Positions 29,256-38,165 of a DNA stretch of 64,000 nucleotides are shown here, one piece after another. Position 1 is the first letter of the stretch; the number at the start of each line of letters is the position of its first letter. The translations under genes and the position numbers were made by a program. The DNA is from a candidate division CPR2 bacterium GW2011_GWC2_39_35. GTDB taxonomy: Bacteria > Patescibacteriota > CPR2. The notes under the pieces were generated by a model. The model was not told the origin of the DNA. It ran no database searches and saw nothing but the letters and a program-made list of their open reading frames with translations. The stretch lies in contig LBWX01000001.1 of NCBI GenBank assembly GCA_000995065.1, positions 95,563 through 159,562 on the forward strand. Direction: 5' to 3'.

Positions 29256-31388
29256 TTGTTTTATTTTTACACTTATTCATTTCTGGCAATTGTAATAATG
29301 ACCTATGGGGCGATAAATTACCCCAAGATTCTTAAGCTTGCAAATAAAAGTTCTCATAAGAGCGAATGGAAAATTGCCTTTGGCCTAATTATTTTTACTC
29401 TTGTTAGCTACGTAACCTTTATCATTTTATATGTTTTTGGATCACAACTTGCAACTGACATCATCACAATTTCTATTTTTTATTTTGTTTCGGTTTATGT
29501 TCTTCAGACTATCGATCTTTTGTATAAAACATTGAAAGAATCATTTCAAAAAAACAATGACATCAATAAATATGCAGACCACTTGGAAGTAATGGTTCAG
29601 AAACGAACCCAGGAATATCAGAATAAAAATGAGGAAATAGAAAAAACCGTTAATGAACTTACTGATTTTAAAAAAGCCATGCTTAGTATCCTAGAGGACA
29701 TGAGCAACTCAGAAGATCAGTTAAAAGTAGCTCTAATGGAGTCAGATGCTCTAAACATGGTTTCCCAAACAATCACTTGGTCTGCCGATTGGGATAAGAT
29801 GGTAAGCTATGTAACAAAGGTAATTGCTCTTAATATGGAGGCGCCAAAATCTGCAATATTTATTTATAATTCGGATTCAAATAGCCTCGTAGCTCAAAAA
29901 GGAAGCTATGGATTTACGCCAAAGGAAATCGAACTATTAGATGTAGATACCGATGAATCATTAAACGGAATAGCGTACAAAACTAAAACGGTTATCCAAA
30001 CAAGCGATATTCAAAGCGAAAAGAATGCTTGTCCTCAAAAAGTGCATTTTGACCACAGCAAGATGATCACTGCGCCAGTATATGACGGCAAAAATATTAT
30101 TGGCACTATTTGCTGCATTGATCCCAACCGAGACATAAAAAGCAGTAAGGTCAAGGACTTTTATGAAAAGTTAAGCAATGTGGCGAGTGTCATTATTAGC
30201 AATTCCAAGCTTATTAACCAAATTGAAGTCAAAGAAAGCGAAGAACAGGCCATACTAAAGAGCATAGGGGAGGGATTACTGGTTGTGGATAACTTGGGCA
30301 ACATCGAAGACATAAATAAGATAGCTGAAAATAATTTTGGCATAAAAAAGGAAGACGTTTTGGGAAAAAATGTAGCCGGTCTGCTTGGATTTCATGAGCT
30401 AGAAACCCTTTTGTCAGATTTCGGTGCCACATATGATCGCAAACACGTTGAAAAAATGGGACATAGAATGGAATGTATCTTAAAAGATGAAAAATATATT
30501 TGTGCGGCAGGTAAAAACAGCTTCCATAAGAATTGCCGTGGTTGTAACATCTTCCATGTCGCCGCTCAAAAGAAAATGAATCTTGCATTTACTAAAACTA
30601 CAAACTTTACATTTTCTGCTATTATCTCTCCAATTTTAAGCGATTCAAGCGAGGTTATCGGACAAGTACTTACGATGCATGACGTTACTAAAGAGGTCTT
30701 AATGAATAGAGCTAAGGATGAATTTTTATCCGTAACATCGCACGAACTCAGAACTCCAATGACAGCAGTCATGGGTAACATTAAAATGGTCCTGGATGGA
30801 GACGCAGGAAAAGTTGACGATATGATGAGGGAGTATCTAAACGATGCCTATATCGGAAGCCAGCGCCTCTTGGCTTTGGTGGAAGACATGTTGAATGTCT
30901 CTAGAATCGAGCAGGGACGAATGCAATATAATATTAGTCCATTTGACATCGACACGGCCATCAAATACGTTTTTAATACCCTTAAAGGAATTGCTTCACA
31001 AAAGAACCTGTATCTTAAACCGTTAAACCACGACTGCGTCAAAGTAGTGGGGGATGAGAACAAAATTATTGAGGTCATTACCAATCTCGTTGGAAATGCT
31101 CTCAAGTTTACAGAGGGAGGCGGCATATCAATTGGTTATGCGATAGTTGGTAATAAACTCCAAGTCAGCATTGCAGACACCGGAATTGGCATTTCAAAAG
31201 AAGATGAGACGAAGCTTTTTCAGAAGTTTTCCCAAGTTAATCTCACTCTTACGAATCAAAAGGGCGGCACCGGCCTCGGTTTGTATATCTGCCGTCAATA
31301 TGTGGAAGCAATGGGCGGAAAAATCTGGATCGATAAATCTGAGCCGGGCCGGGGAACAATTTTTGCATTTACCTTGCCATTAGCGTAA
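29256..31388 (+). CDS. sensor histidine kinase (TM, coiled-coil, GAF/PAS, HisKA, HATPase_c)
   Basis: N-terminal TMs, H-box FLSVTSHELRTPMTAVMGN, G2 box GTGLGLYICRQYVEAMGGKIWI; Cys cluster C-x8-C-x10-C-x2-C in the sensory region. Confidence 0.8.
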   Translation: MFYFYTYSFLAIVIMTYGAINYPKILKLANKSSHKSEWKIAFGLIIFTLVSYVTFIILYVFGSQLATDIITISIFYFVSVYVLQTIDLLYKTLKESFQKNNDINKYADHLEVMVQKRTQEYQNKNEEIEKTVNELTDFKKAMLSILEDMSNSEDQLKVALMESDALNMVSQTITWSADWDKMVSYVTKVIALNMEAPKSAIFIYNSDSNSLVAQKGSYGFTPKEIELLDVDTDESLNGIAYKTKTVIQTSDIQSEKNACPQKVHFDHSKMITAPVYDGKNIIGTICCIDPNRDIKSSKVKDFYEKLSNVASVIISNSKLINQIEVKESEEQAILKSIGEGLLVVDNLGNIEDINKIAENNFGIKKEDVLGKNVAGLLGFHELETLLSDFGATYDRKHVEKMGHRMECILKDEKYICAAGKNSFHKNCRGCNIFHVAAQKKMNLAFTKTTNFTFSAIISPILSDSSEVIGQVLTMHDVTKEVLMNRAKDEFLSVTSHELRTPMTAVMGNIKMVLDGDAGKVDDMMREYLNDAYIGSQRLLALVEDMLNVSRIEQGRMQYNISPFDIDTAIKYVFNTLKGIASQKNLYLKPLNHDCVKVVGDENKIIEVITNLVGNALKFTEGGGISIGYAIVGNKLQVSIADTGIGISKEDETKLFQKFSQVNLTLTNQKGGTGLGLYICRQYVEAMGGKIWIDKSEPGRGTIFAFTLPLA

Positions 31389-31434
31389 ATTTTGTTAAAA
31401 TAGTTACAGATAATCAAAGGATAACACAACAATC

Positions 31435-31800
31435 ATGAGAGTATTATTAGTTGACGACGATCAGTTAATGACGCGAATGTATGAGAGAAAATTTCAATTT
31501 GAAGGCCACGATATTGTCGTTGTTGATAATGGGAGAAGCGGTCTGGAATTGCTGGAAGATGATAAAAGCTTTGATGTTATTTTATTAGACGTTATGATGC
31601 CGGAAATGAACGGCTTCGAGTTTTTGGAAGCAAAGCAAAAGATGGAAAACGCAAAGGATATTCCGGTCATAATGCTTACAAATCTTGTCGGCAGCGAAGA
31701 TGATGAGAAAAAAGGCATTAACCTCGGAGCTAAAGAATATCTGGTAAAATCTAGGCTTCAACCCAACGATATCGTCGAAGCCGCTAAGAAATATGTCTAA
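31435..31800 (+). CDS. single-domain response regulator (CheY-like receiver only)
   Basis: MRVLLVDDDQLMTRMYERKF...ILLDVMMPEMNGFEFLE...KEYLVKS receiver-domain motifs; 121 aa, no DNA-binding domain. Confidence 0.8.
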   Translation: MRVLLVDDDQLMTRMYERKFQFEGHDIVVVDNGRSGLELLEDDKSFDVILLDVMMPEMNGFEFLEAKQKMENAKDIPVIMLTNLVGSEDDEKKGINLGAKEYLVKSRLQPNDIVEAAKKYV

Positions 31801-31892
31801 AACATATTGACAACTAAGCGGTTGTTTTGAGATTATTAATTATATTAAAAAAAATTAATGAAGTAACCTTTTACAAGTTACAAGGAGGGTAA

Positions 31893-32495
31893 ATGAAACG
31901 AAATAATACTAAAGGTTTTACGCTGATCGAGCTTTTGATCGTTATCGGTATTCTCGGAATCTTGGCGGCAGTAGTAGCACTTGCCATCAATCCGGCAGAA
32001 ATGTTAAGAAGAAGCCGAGACTCACAGAGAATTTCCGATCTTGGCACTATGCAAACTGCTATTAACTTGGCTTTGGCCGATACCAGTATTTCTCTTGGTG
32101 GCACACCGAATACAACTTATGCTTCCATCGCAACCGCAAGCGGTGTCGCCGATCTAACGCCTTTTACTATTGCAGGACTTCCGGATCCTGATATATTCAC
32201 CGATATTGCTGCAGCCAACTTACAACTTAACAATGGCAATGGTTGGATTCCGGTGAATTTTGGTGCCGTTTCTTCCGGCGCTCCGATTTCTGCCCTCCCT
32301 GTTGATCCTCGAAATGAAGTTGATCCTGCAAACCCAGCCAATGACTATGTTTACCGGTTTGCCCACAATGGTACATCTTACAAATTAGACTGTATGCTTG
32401 AGTCTAGCCAGAATGACGATCGAGAAGACAACGATGGCGGCAACAATGGAGATAGATACGAGATCGGCACAAACATAACCTTTGCAAGTAATTAG
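31893..32495 (+). CDS. pilA: type IV major pilin (PilA-like)
   Basis: MKRNNTKGFTLIELLIVIGILGILAAVVALAINP is a canonical prepilin leader with G-FTLIE cleavage motif and Glu5; strong SD AAGGAGGG. Confidence 0.8.
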   Translation: MKRNNTKGFTLIELLIVIGILGILAAVVALAINPAEMLRRSRDSQRISDLGTMQTAINLALADTSISLGGTPNTTYASIATASGVADLTPFTIAGLPDPDIFTDIAAANLQLNNGNGWIPVNFGAVSSGAPISALPVDPRNEVDPANPANDYVYRFAHNGTSYKLDCMLESSQNDDREDNDGGNNGDRYEIGTNITFASN

Positions 32496-32512
32496 ACTTA
32501 ATAAAGATGTAA

Positions 32513-32548
32513 AAAGGCCTCCTTTACAAAAGGAGGCCTTTTTACATA
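32513..32548 (+). terminator. rho-independent terminator after pilA
   Basis: AAAGGCCTCCTTT-ACAA-AAGGAGGCCTTTTT. Confidence 0.55.
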
Positions 32549-32589
32549 AGGCGTTTGATATTGTTTAACATTTGTTTTAAAATTGATTT

Positions 32590-33198
32590 ATGCAAGTAGA
32601 GAATATTGTTAATTATCTTAAATTAGCGGCACCTTTTTTTATTTGGTGGGAACATATTGTGGTAGTTATTCTTGCTCTACTCCTAGCCTACTTATTTTTA
32701 TTAAAAAGGCGGCAGTTCACCTTTAGGCAACTAAAATTATTAACGGCAGCCGTCTTATGCGTATCTATCATTGAAATTGCATATTGGTACTCTTTTCAGA
32801 TCTATCTTTATAAGCTGCCTAATAATTTTTTTGGAGCATCAGCACTAAAAAACCCATCTTATCTTAAATTAGTTCTTTATAATCTCATCCTCAACAATTT
32901 TCTCCTTTCTTTATTAATGGCAGCAATATTGTCTTTTGTCCTAATTGTGGTTTTAAAATTCCGCCCCAAGGCAGTAAAAAAAGAGGAAATAGCACTTTTT
33001 TTCGTTTTAGCCTTTCTTGTAGGCTGGGAGCGGTCCGGAATCCTTCTTGCCTCTGCCTTTATAATAATGATTTTAGTTCACATATCAATTCATCTTAAAA
33101 GGGCCTGCATCGAGAGACTATCCATTTATCCGTATCTTCTTTTATCAGGATTTGTTTTAAGTCTTCTAAATATAATTCAGACGGCGATAAAGATATGA
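32590..33198 (+). CDS. polytopic membrane protein of unknown function
   Basis: 202 aa, about 6 TM; contains no Asp residues at all, so not an A24 prepilin peptidase. Confidence 0.35.
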   Translation: MQVENIVNYLKLAAPFFIWWEHIVVVILALLLAYLFLLKRRQFTFRQLKLLTAAVLCVSIIEIAYWYSFQIYLYKLPNNFFGASALKNPSYLKLVLYNLILNNFLLSLLMAAILSFVLIVVLKFRPKAVKKEEIALFFVLAFLVGWERSGILLASAFIIMILVHISIHLKRACIERLSIYPYLLLSGFVLSLLNIIQTAIKI

Positions 33199-33214
33199 AT
33201 AACTCGGAGGGCAA

Positions 33215-34921
33215 GTGATTCATATAACGGAATCAGAACTTAAAAGATCGCTAATTGAATCGGGCTTTATTTCCGAAGAAGATTTTACTTCTGCCGCCAA
33301 GGAATCCAGTCATTTCGGACGAGACATCAAAGAAGTATTAATTGAAAAAGGTATGATCTCGGAAGAATATCTCATTAAGATTCTATGCGATTATTTTAAA
33401 GTACCTTTTTTTGATATTTCCAGCGAAAAAGTTCCTAAAGAGCTTTTAGAATTAATTCCGGAAAGCCTCGCCAAAACAAGTCGGGTTATTCCCGTTAAGG
33501 TTGATGACCATAGTGTTACTCTAGCGATGGAAGATCCCGGAGATTTAAAAATAATCCAACTTTTAGAGCATAAACTACAAAAGAAGATTCAACCTGTTTT
33601 TGTCACCAAAAAAGGATTGAAAGAAGCCTTATCGGCATACAAAGTGGATGTTTCCAAAGAATTTGACAAGGTAATAAATGAGAATATCGAAAAAGCCATT
33701 GGGGAAGGAGCTAAGGATGCCGAAAAAATGGCAGAAGATATTCCAATAATAGAAATTTTAGACAACATTATTGAGTATGCAGTCTCCAAAAGCGCTTCGG
33801 ATATCCATATCGAACCCTTAGAAAAAGAGGTTTTAGTTAGATTTAGAGTAGATGGAATCTTGGAAGACCTTCTTACTGCTCCGGACCTTGTAATGCCAGC
33901 AATCCTAGCTCGCGTTAAACTTATTTCCGACTTAAGAATTGACGAGCATAGATTACCTCAGGATGGCAGATTTAAATTTAAAAACGATGACCTGGCAGTC
34001 GCCATAAGAGTTTCTATTGTGCCCACGATTTATGGTGAAAAAATTGTCATGAGATTGCTTTCTGAGTCATCAAGACCTAAAAATTTTGAAAGTCTCGGTT
34101 TCGAATCAGATCAGTTAAAAACGTTAGAAGAAGAAATCAAAAAATCTCATGGTATGATTTTATCCACCGGTCCTACCGGCTCCGGAAAAACAACCACTCT
34201 TTATACCGTCATGCATCTTTTAAACCGGCCCGAAGTAAATATTTCAACCATCGAAGATCCGGTTGAGTATGATGTCGGGAGAATCAATCAAATTCAAGTA
34301 AACACCAAAACGGGTCTTACTTTTGCGGATGGTTTAAGAAGTTTACTTAGGCAAGACCCAGATATCATTATGGTCGGAGAAATAAGAGATAAAGAAACGG
34401 CTGAACTTGCCGTTCACGCAGCGTTAACCGGCCACCTAGTACTTTCCACCCTGCACACCAACAATGCGGCAGGCACAATCGCCCGAATTACGGACATTGG
34501 AATTCAACCTTTTTTGCTATCATCAACCATAAATCTTATTATTGCCCAGAGGCTTGTCCGCAGAGTTTGTCCTCATTGTGTCGCTTCCAATCCTATTTCT
34601 AAGGAAGATGCCAAAGATATATTCTTGCATTTGGGGATAACTTACGAAGAAATCGAAAAACTTAAGCTACCGAATATGGTCTATAAAGGAAAGGGCTGCA
34701 AAGAGTGCCATGATTCAGGATATAAAGGCCAAGTCGGCTTATTCGAGATGCTAAAGGTTGATGAAAAAATAAGAAAGCTCATCGTTAACGGCGTATCGGA
34801 AGCAGAAATCGAGATCGCAGCCAAAAAAAATGGAATGAAGACTATGCTAGAAGATGGTCTTAAAAAAGCTGCTGCCGGCATCACAACTTACGAAGAAATA
34901 ATGAGAGTGACTAGGGAGTAA
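33215..34921 (+). CDS. pilB: type IV pilus assembly ATPase PilB/GspE family
   Basis: N-terminal T2SSE_N-like domain, Walker A GPTGSGKTTTLY, tetra-Cys CPHC...CKEC zinc motif; GTG start. Confidence 0.85.
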   Translation: MIHITESELKRSLIESGFISEEDFTSAAKESSHFGRDIKEVLIEKGMISEEYLIKILCDYFKVPFFDISSEKVPKELLELIPESLAKTSRVIPVKVDDHSVTLAMEDPGDLKIIQLLEHKLQKKIQPVFVTKKGLKEALSAYKVDVSKEFDKVINENIEKAIGEGAKDAEKMAEDIPIIEILDNIIEYAVSKSASDIHIEPLEKEVLVRFRVDGILEDLLTAPDLVMPAILARVKLISDLRIDEHRLPQDGRFKFKNDDLAVAIRVSIVPTIYGEKIVMRLLSESSRPKNFESLGFESDQLKTLEEEIKKSHGMILSTGPTGSGKTTTLYTVMHLLNRPEVNISTIEDPVEYDVGRINQIQVNTKTGLTFADGLRSLLRQDPDIIMVGEIRDKETAELAVHAALTGHLVLSTLHTNNAAGTIARITDIGIQPFLLSSTINLIIAQRLVRRVCPHCVASNPISKEDAKDIFLHLGITYEEIEKLKLPNMVYKGKGCKECHDSGYKGQVGLFEMLKVDEKIRKLIVNGVSEAEIEIAAKKNGMKTMLEDGLKKAAAGITTYEEIMRVTRE

Positions 34922-34923
34922 AT

Positions 34924-36138
34924 ATGCTATACAAGTGGAAAGCAGTCGACAAAGAGGGAAAACCCGCAGAGGGAAGAATTGAAGCCAAATCTCAAAATGA
35001 GGTCTTAGCTTTTCTTAAGAAACAAGGTTTATTTGTGATTGCCGTAAGAGAAGACAAACATCCCTCAAAAATATATAGCAAGGCAAGCGGGGCAATTGGC
35101 AGAGTTTCCGACGTTGACAGAATAATATTTACAGAGCATCTAGCTACCATGGTAAGATCCGGGGTCCCACTAGTAGATGCCTTCGAAATCATCAGTAACG
35201 ATTTTAATAACCCAACTTTAAAGAAATTAGCAAATGATATAAAAACTAATCTTGAGAGCGGAAAGAGTATCTCCTCATCTCTTACGGATTATAAAAAGAT
35301 ATTTTCGTCTTTTTATATTAATATCGTAAGAGCAGGAGAAGAAAGTGGAAAACTCGATGATTCCTTAAGAAAACTTGGAATCCAATTAAGAAAGGATCAT
35401 GCTCTAAAAAGCAAAGTACATAATGCCCTTATATATCCGGCCGTGTTAATCGGCGCTACTTTATCCGTTATGTCCCTTCTTGTTATCTTTGTTCTGCCCA
35501 GGCTGGCCGGTCTTTTTGCTCAATCTGGAGTTAAGCTGCCAATATTTACCAGAATAGTTCTAGCCGTCGGTATGTTTATCAGCGAGAGGTTAATCTTAAT
35601 ATCAATTCTTGTTGTCTTAATGATGGTATCATTTATTTTTATCACTAAGACCAGGCGCTTTAAAGCAATAATTTCCAAACTAAGCTTGAAACTCCCCAAA
35701 ATAGGAAGTCTAGCAAAAAACGTCCAGCTTGCCAGATTTGCCCGTACTTTTTCGAGCACACTTTCAGCAGGGATACCCATCGTTCATTCGTTATCTCTTA
35801 CTGCCGAGACCTTAAATGATACTTACCGAAAAATCATCGATGGTTCATCTCACGAAATAGAAAAGGGGGTATCGCTTGCCAAAATCCTAAAAAGACATTC
35901 CGAATTTTTTCCAAACATCATCACCGGAATCATTGATGTCGGCGAAAAAACAGGTACTTTAGATGAATTACTTCTTGATATTGCTAACTTTTATGACGAG
36001 GAAGTCGACAATGTTCTAAAAAATCTGACGGCCATTATAGAGCCGGTCATGCTTATAATTATTGGATTCGGCATCGGCGGATTGGCAATCTCCATTATTA
36101 CCCCAATATATCAATTTATCCAACAAGCAACCATATAA
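34924..36138 (+). CDS. pilC: type IV pilus platform protein PilC/GspF family
   Basis: Two GspF repeats, cytoplasmic N-domain (MLYKWKAVDKEGKPAEGRIEAKSQNEVLAFLKKQGLFVI), 3 TM. Confidence 0.8.
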   Translation: MLYKWKAVDKEGKPAEGRIEAKSQNEVLAFLKKQGLFVIAVREDKHPSKIYSKASGAIGRVSDVDRIIFTEHLATMVRSGVPLVDAFEIISNDFNNPTLKKLANDIKTNLESGKSISSSLTDYKKIFSSFYINIVRAGEESGKLDDSLRKLGIQLRKDHALKSKVHNALIYPAVLIGATLSVMSLLVIFVLPRLAGLFAQSGVKLPIFTRIVLAVGMFISERLILISILVVLMMVSFIFITKTRRFKAIISKLSLKLPKIGSLAKNVQLARFARTFSSTLSAGIPIVHSLSLTAETLNDTYRKIIDGSSHEIEKGVSLAKILKRHSEFFPNIITGIIDVGEKTGTLDELLLDIANFYDEEVDNVLKNLTAIIEPVMLIIIGFGIGGLAISIITPIYQFIQQATI

Positions 36139-36634
36139 AATCCATATGAAAAAAAATGCACCACTAAAAAGAGGCTTTACTTTAATAGAAGTTATTATTG
36201 TTGTTTCAGTTATAGGACTATTATCAATTTCGGCCGCGAGCGGTTATCTAAATTATCAAAAAAGCACGGAAATTAAAGAGAATTCAGGACAAGTTGCCGC
36301 TTTTATGAGAGAAGCTCAATCTAACGCCACGAGCCAAAAACTAAACAAAAAATGGGGCGTAAATTTAAACAATGACGGCCTCCAGATGACTTTATTTGAC
36401 GATTCCATGGCAGGCGAGAACAAAAGATATTACAACTTACCCAAACAATTAAAATTCGACTCGGTCTCAATAAATGGTGGCGGCAATGATATTATTTTTG
36501 ATAAAATGACTGGCGAAACAAGTAATTACGGTACTGCCGCAAACAATATTGCCTTTAAAATTATAAACATCTTAAGTAATGAGAGCGTAAGCATTTCCAT
36601 TGCGGGTAGTGGAAAAATTGAGGTTCTGGAATGA
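36136..36634 (+). CDS. minor pilin / pseudopilin
   Basis: ATG 36136 gives MKKNAPLKRGFTLIEVIIVVSVIGLL, a G-FTLIE prepilin motif; the track ORF start 36062 overlaps pilC and is not used. Confidence 0.65.
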
Positions 36635-37263
36635 GTAAATTAGATAATAATGGCTCGTTATTAATAGAGGTCTTAATTGCGATCTCGATTTTCTCGATTA
36701 TGGCGATTACTTTATCCTCAGCCGTTTTAGCGTCAATTCATTCTGTTAAATTCGGCGGCCGACAGACCCAAGCTGCGGCCTTGGCCACTGAAGGCATCGA
36801 AGCCGTAAAGGCTATTGTCGCAGTTAACTGGAATGATATATATAACAAATCTAAAGGCGTTTCTTATAAAGCTGAGGTCGTTTCAGGCTCCTGGACCCTT
36901 TCAAATACGCCGCAAACGGAATCAATTACTCTTAATAGTTCCATGGTTTGCAACAGAGAAATCTTTATCAATGATATCGAGCGTGAAGGAGAACGTGGGA
37001 CAGGTATCATAAAAACCACAGGAACCAGGTACGACGATCCCTCAACTCAAAAAATTACAGTTAGAGTAAGCTGTACCGGCCTAAATCCCATTTCTAAAAG
37101 CGAGTATTTTAGCCGCTACAAAAACGAAGTTACAAATCAGTCCAACTGGAGCTCCCCACCGAGCCCAACTACCTGGCTTGCCAATACGACAAATAACACC
37201 AAATACGATAGCGCAGCGAATATCAATGCCGGAGCCGCAGAGATAAAACTTCAAAGTTTTTGA
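36631..37263 (+). CDS. minor pilin / pseudopilin
   Basis: MSKLDNNGSLLIEVLIAISIFSIMAITL is a prepilin-like N-terminus; ATGA overlap with the upstream pilin gene. Confidence 0.6.
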   Translation: MSKLDNNGSLLIEVLIAISIFSIMAITLSSAVLASIHSVKFGGRQTQAAALATEGIEAVKAIVAVNWNDIYNKSKGVSYKAEVVSGSWTLSNTPQTESITLNSSMVCNREIFINDIEREGERGTGIIKTTGTRYDDPSTQKITVRVSCTGLNPISKSEYFSRYKNEVTNQSNWSSPPSPTTWLANTTNNTKYDSAANINAGAAEIKLQSF

Positions 37264-37299
37264 ATTTTCGTGCAATATGCCAGAATCTAAACATTTATC

Positions 37300-37327
37300 T
37301 TGTCTTATATTGTAATTTTGTTATAAT
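37300..37327 (+). promoter_or_regulatory. strong sigma70-like promoter
   Basis: TTGTCT, 16-nt spacer, TATAAT, followed by AAAGGAGGG SD and ATG 37355. Confidence 0.4.
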
Positions 37328-37354
37328 ACACTCCGCAAAGGAGGGTATATCTAA

Positions 37355-37765
37355 ATGCAAATTAGTTGAATCAAATTCACGCCGGGAGAGGCGCTAATCC
37401 AGGTAAATACTTCGAATGAAAGAAGATTTACCTACCAGGTCCCGGATTTTGGGATTAAACTTCTTAAAATTCTACCGGATATTAAGCATCACAAGTGTGA
37501 TAATCCCAAAAATTTAACGTTCGTTGAGGAACTAGAAGACACATCAATTGCCCATGTTTTTGAGCATATTGTACTGGAAATAATCAGTCAAAAATCAAAA
37601 ACAGAAAAGAAACTAAAGGGTCTTACAAGCTGGAACTGGCACAAGGAACCGCGCGGAATCTACAATATCGAGATCAATGTAAGCCAAAAGGAATTAGTTC
37701 TAGGCAGCATTGACGAAGCGTTACAAATCTTAGACTTTTGCTTAAATCCTTCTCCAGTAAATTAA
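37355..37765 (+). pseudogene. 136-codon gene interrupted by in-frame TGA at codon 5 (nonsense mutation/sequencing error, or a candidate UGA-recoding event)
   Basis: ATG CAA ATT AGT TGA, then 131 sense codons in the same frame (IKFTPGEALIQVNTSNERRFTYQVPDFGIKLLKILPDIKHHKCDNPKNLTFVEELEDTSIAHVFEHIVLEIISQKS...LDFCLNPSPVN) with no ATG/GTG/TTG anywhere in them; promoter, SD and terminator all present. Not in the ORF track because it has no start after the TGA. Confidence 0.45.
37382..37445 (+). other. extended RNA hairpin starting 12 nt downstream of the in-frame TGA
   Basis: CCGGGA...(AGGTAAAT-loop-ATTTACCT)...TCCCGG: 6-bp outer stem, 8-bp inner stem, apical CTTC/GAAG mini-stem; read directly. Confidence 0.4.
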
Positions 37766-37780
37766 ATTCATTTAAGGCCA

Positions 37781-37820
37781 CTAAAGCAAACAACCTTTCT
37801 TAAATACAAAGGTTGTTTGT
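37781..37820 (+). terminator. rho-independent terminator after the TGA-interrupted gene
   Basis: AAACAACCTTT-CTTAAATAC-AAAGGTTGTTT then GTATTTTTT. Confidence 0.55.
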
Positions 37821-38067
37821 ATTTTTTACTGATTACAATTAGATTATTTTTAGTTATTCTAAAGCTGTATTAAATAGGTGGGTAAATTAGAAATCTTTAA
37901 CAATATTTATAGTGATCGGATTGGTCTTCTCCTTAACACGTCCTATGGAATTTTTTTAGTAACATCCGAAATTTGTCTAATAATGGCTTGGATATGCAAA
38001 ATAAACCTTGTAGAATAGTCCTAAATCTGATAGTCTTAAGTATATTTAGCGATTAACTAAATAACTA

Positions 38068-38096
38068 TTGACATTTTTTTAAGTTAATGCTATAGT
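38068..38096 (+). promoter_or_regulatory. sigma70-like promoter for the surface-protein gene
   Basis: TTGACA, 17-nt spacer, TATAGT. Confidence 0.4.
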
Positions 38097-38165
38097 TATT
38101 AGTCAATTTAATATCGGAGGGACCCAAAAGGGCCCTTTTTATTTGTTAAACGAGGTAAAAAAATT

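Noticed and set aside
32590-33198. Prepilin peptidase (PilD/A24) assignment for the 6-TM protein between pilA and pilB
   Set aside because: The 202-aa product contains no aspartate at all, so it cannot be an aspartic prepilin peptidase; left as an unknown membrane protein.
36062-36135. Upstream extension of the minor-pilin ORF (track start 36062) overlapping pilC
   Set aside because: The extension lacks an SD and overlaps pilC; ATG 36136 directly precedes the G-FTLIE prepilin leader.
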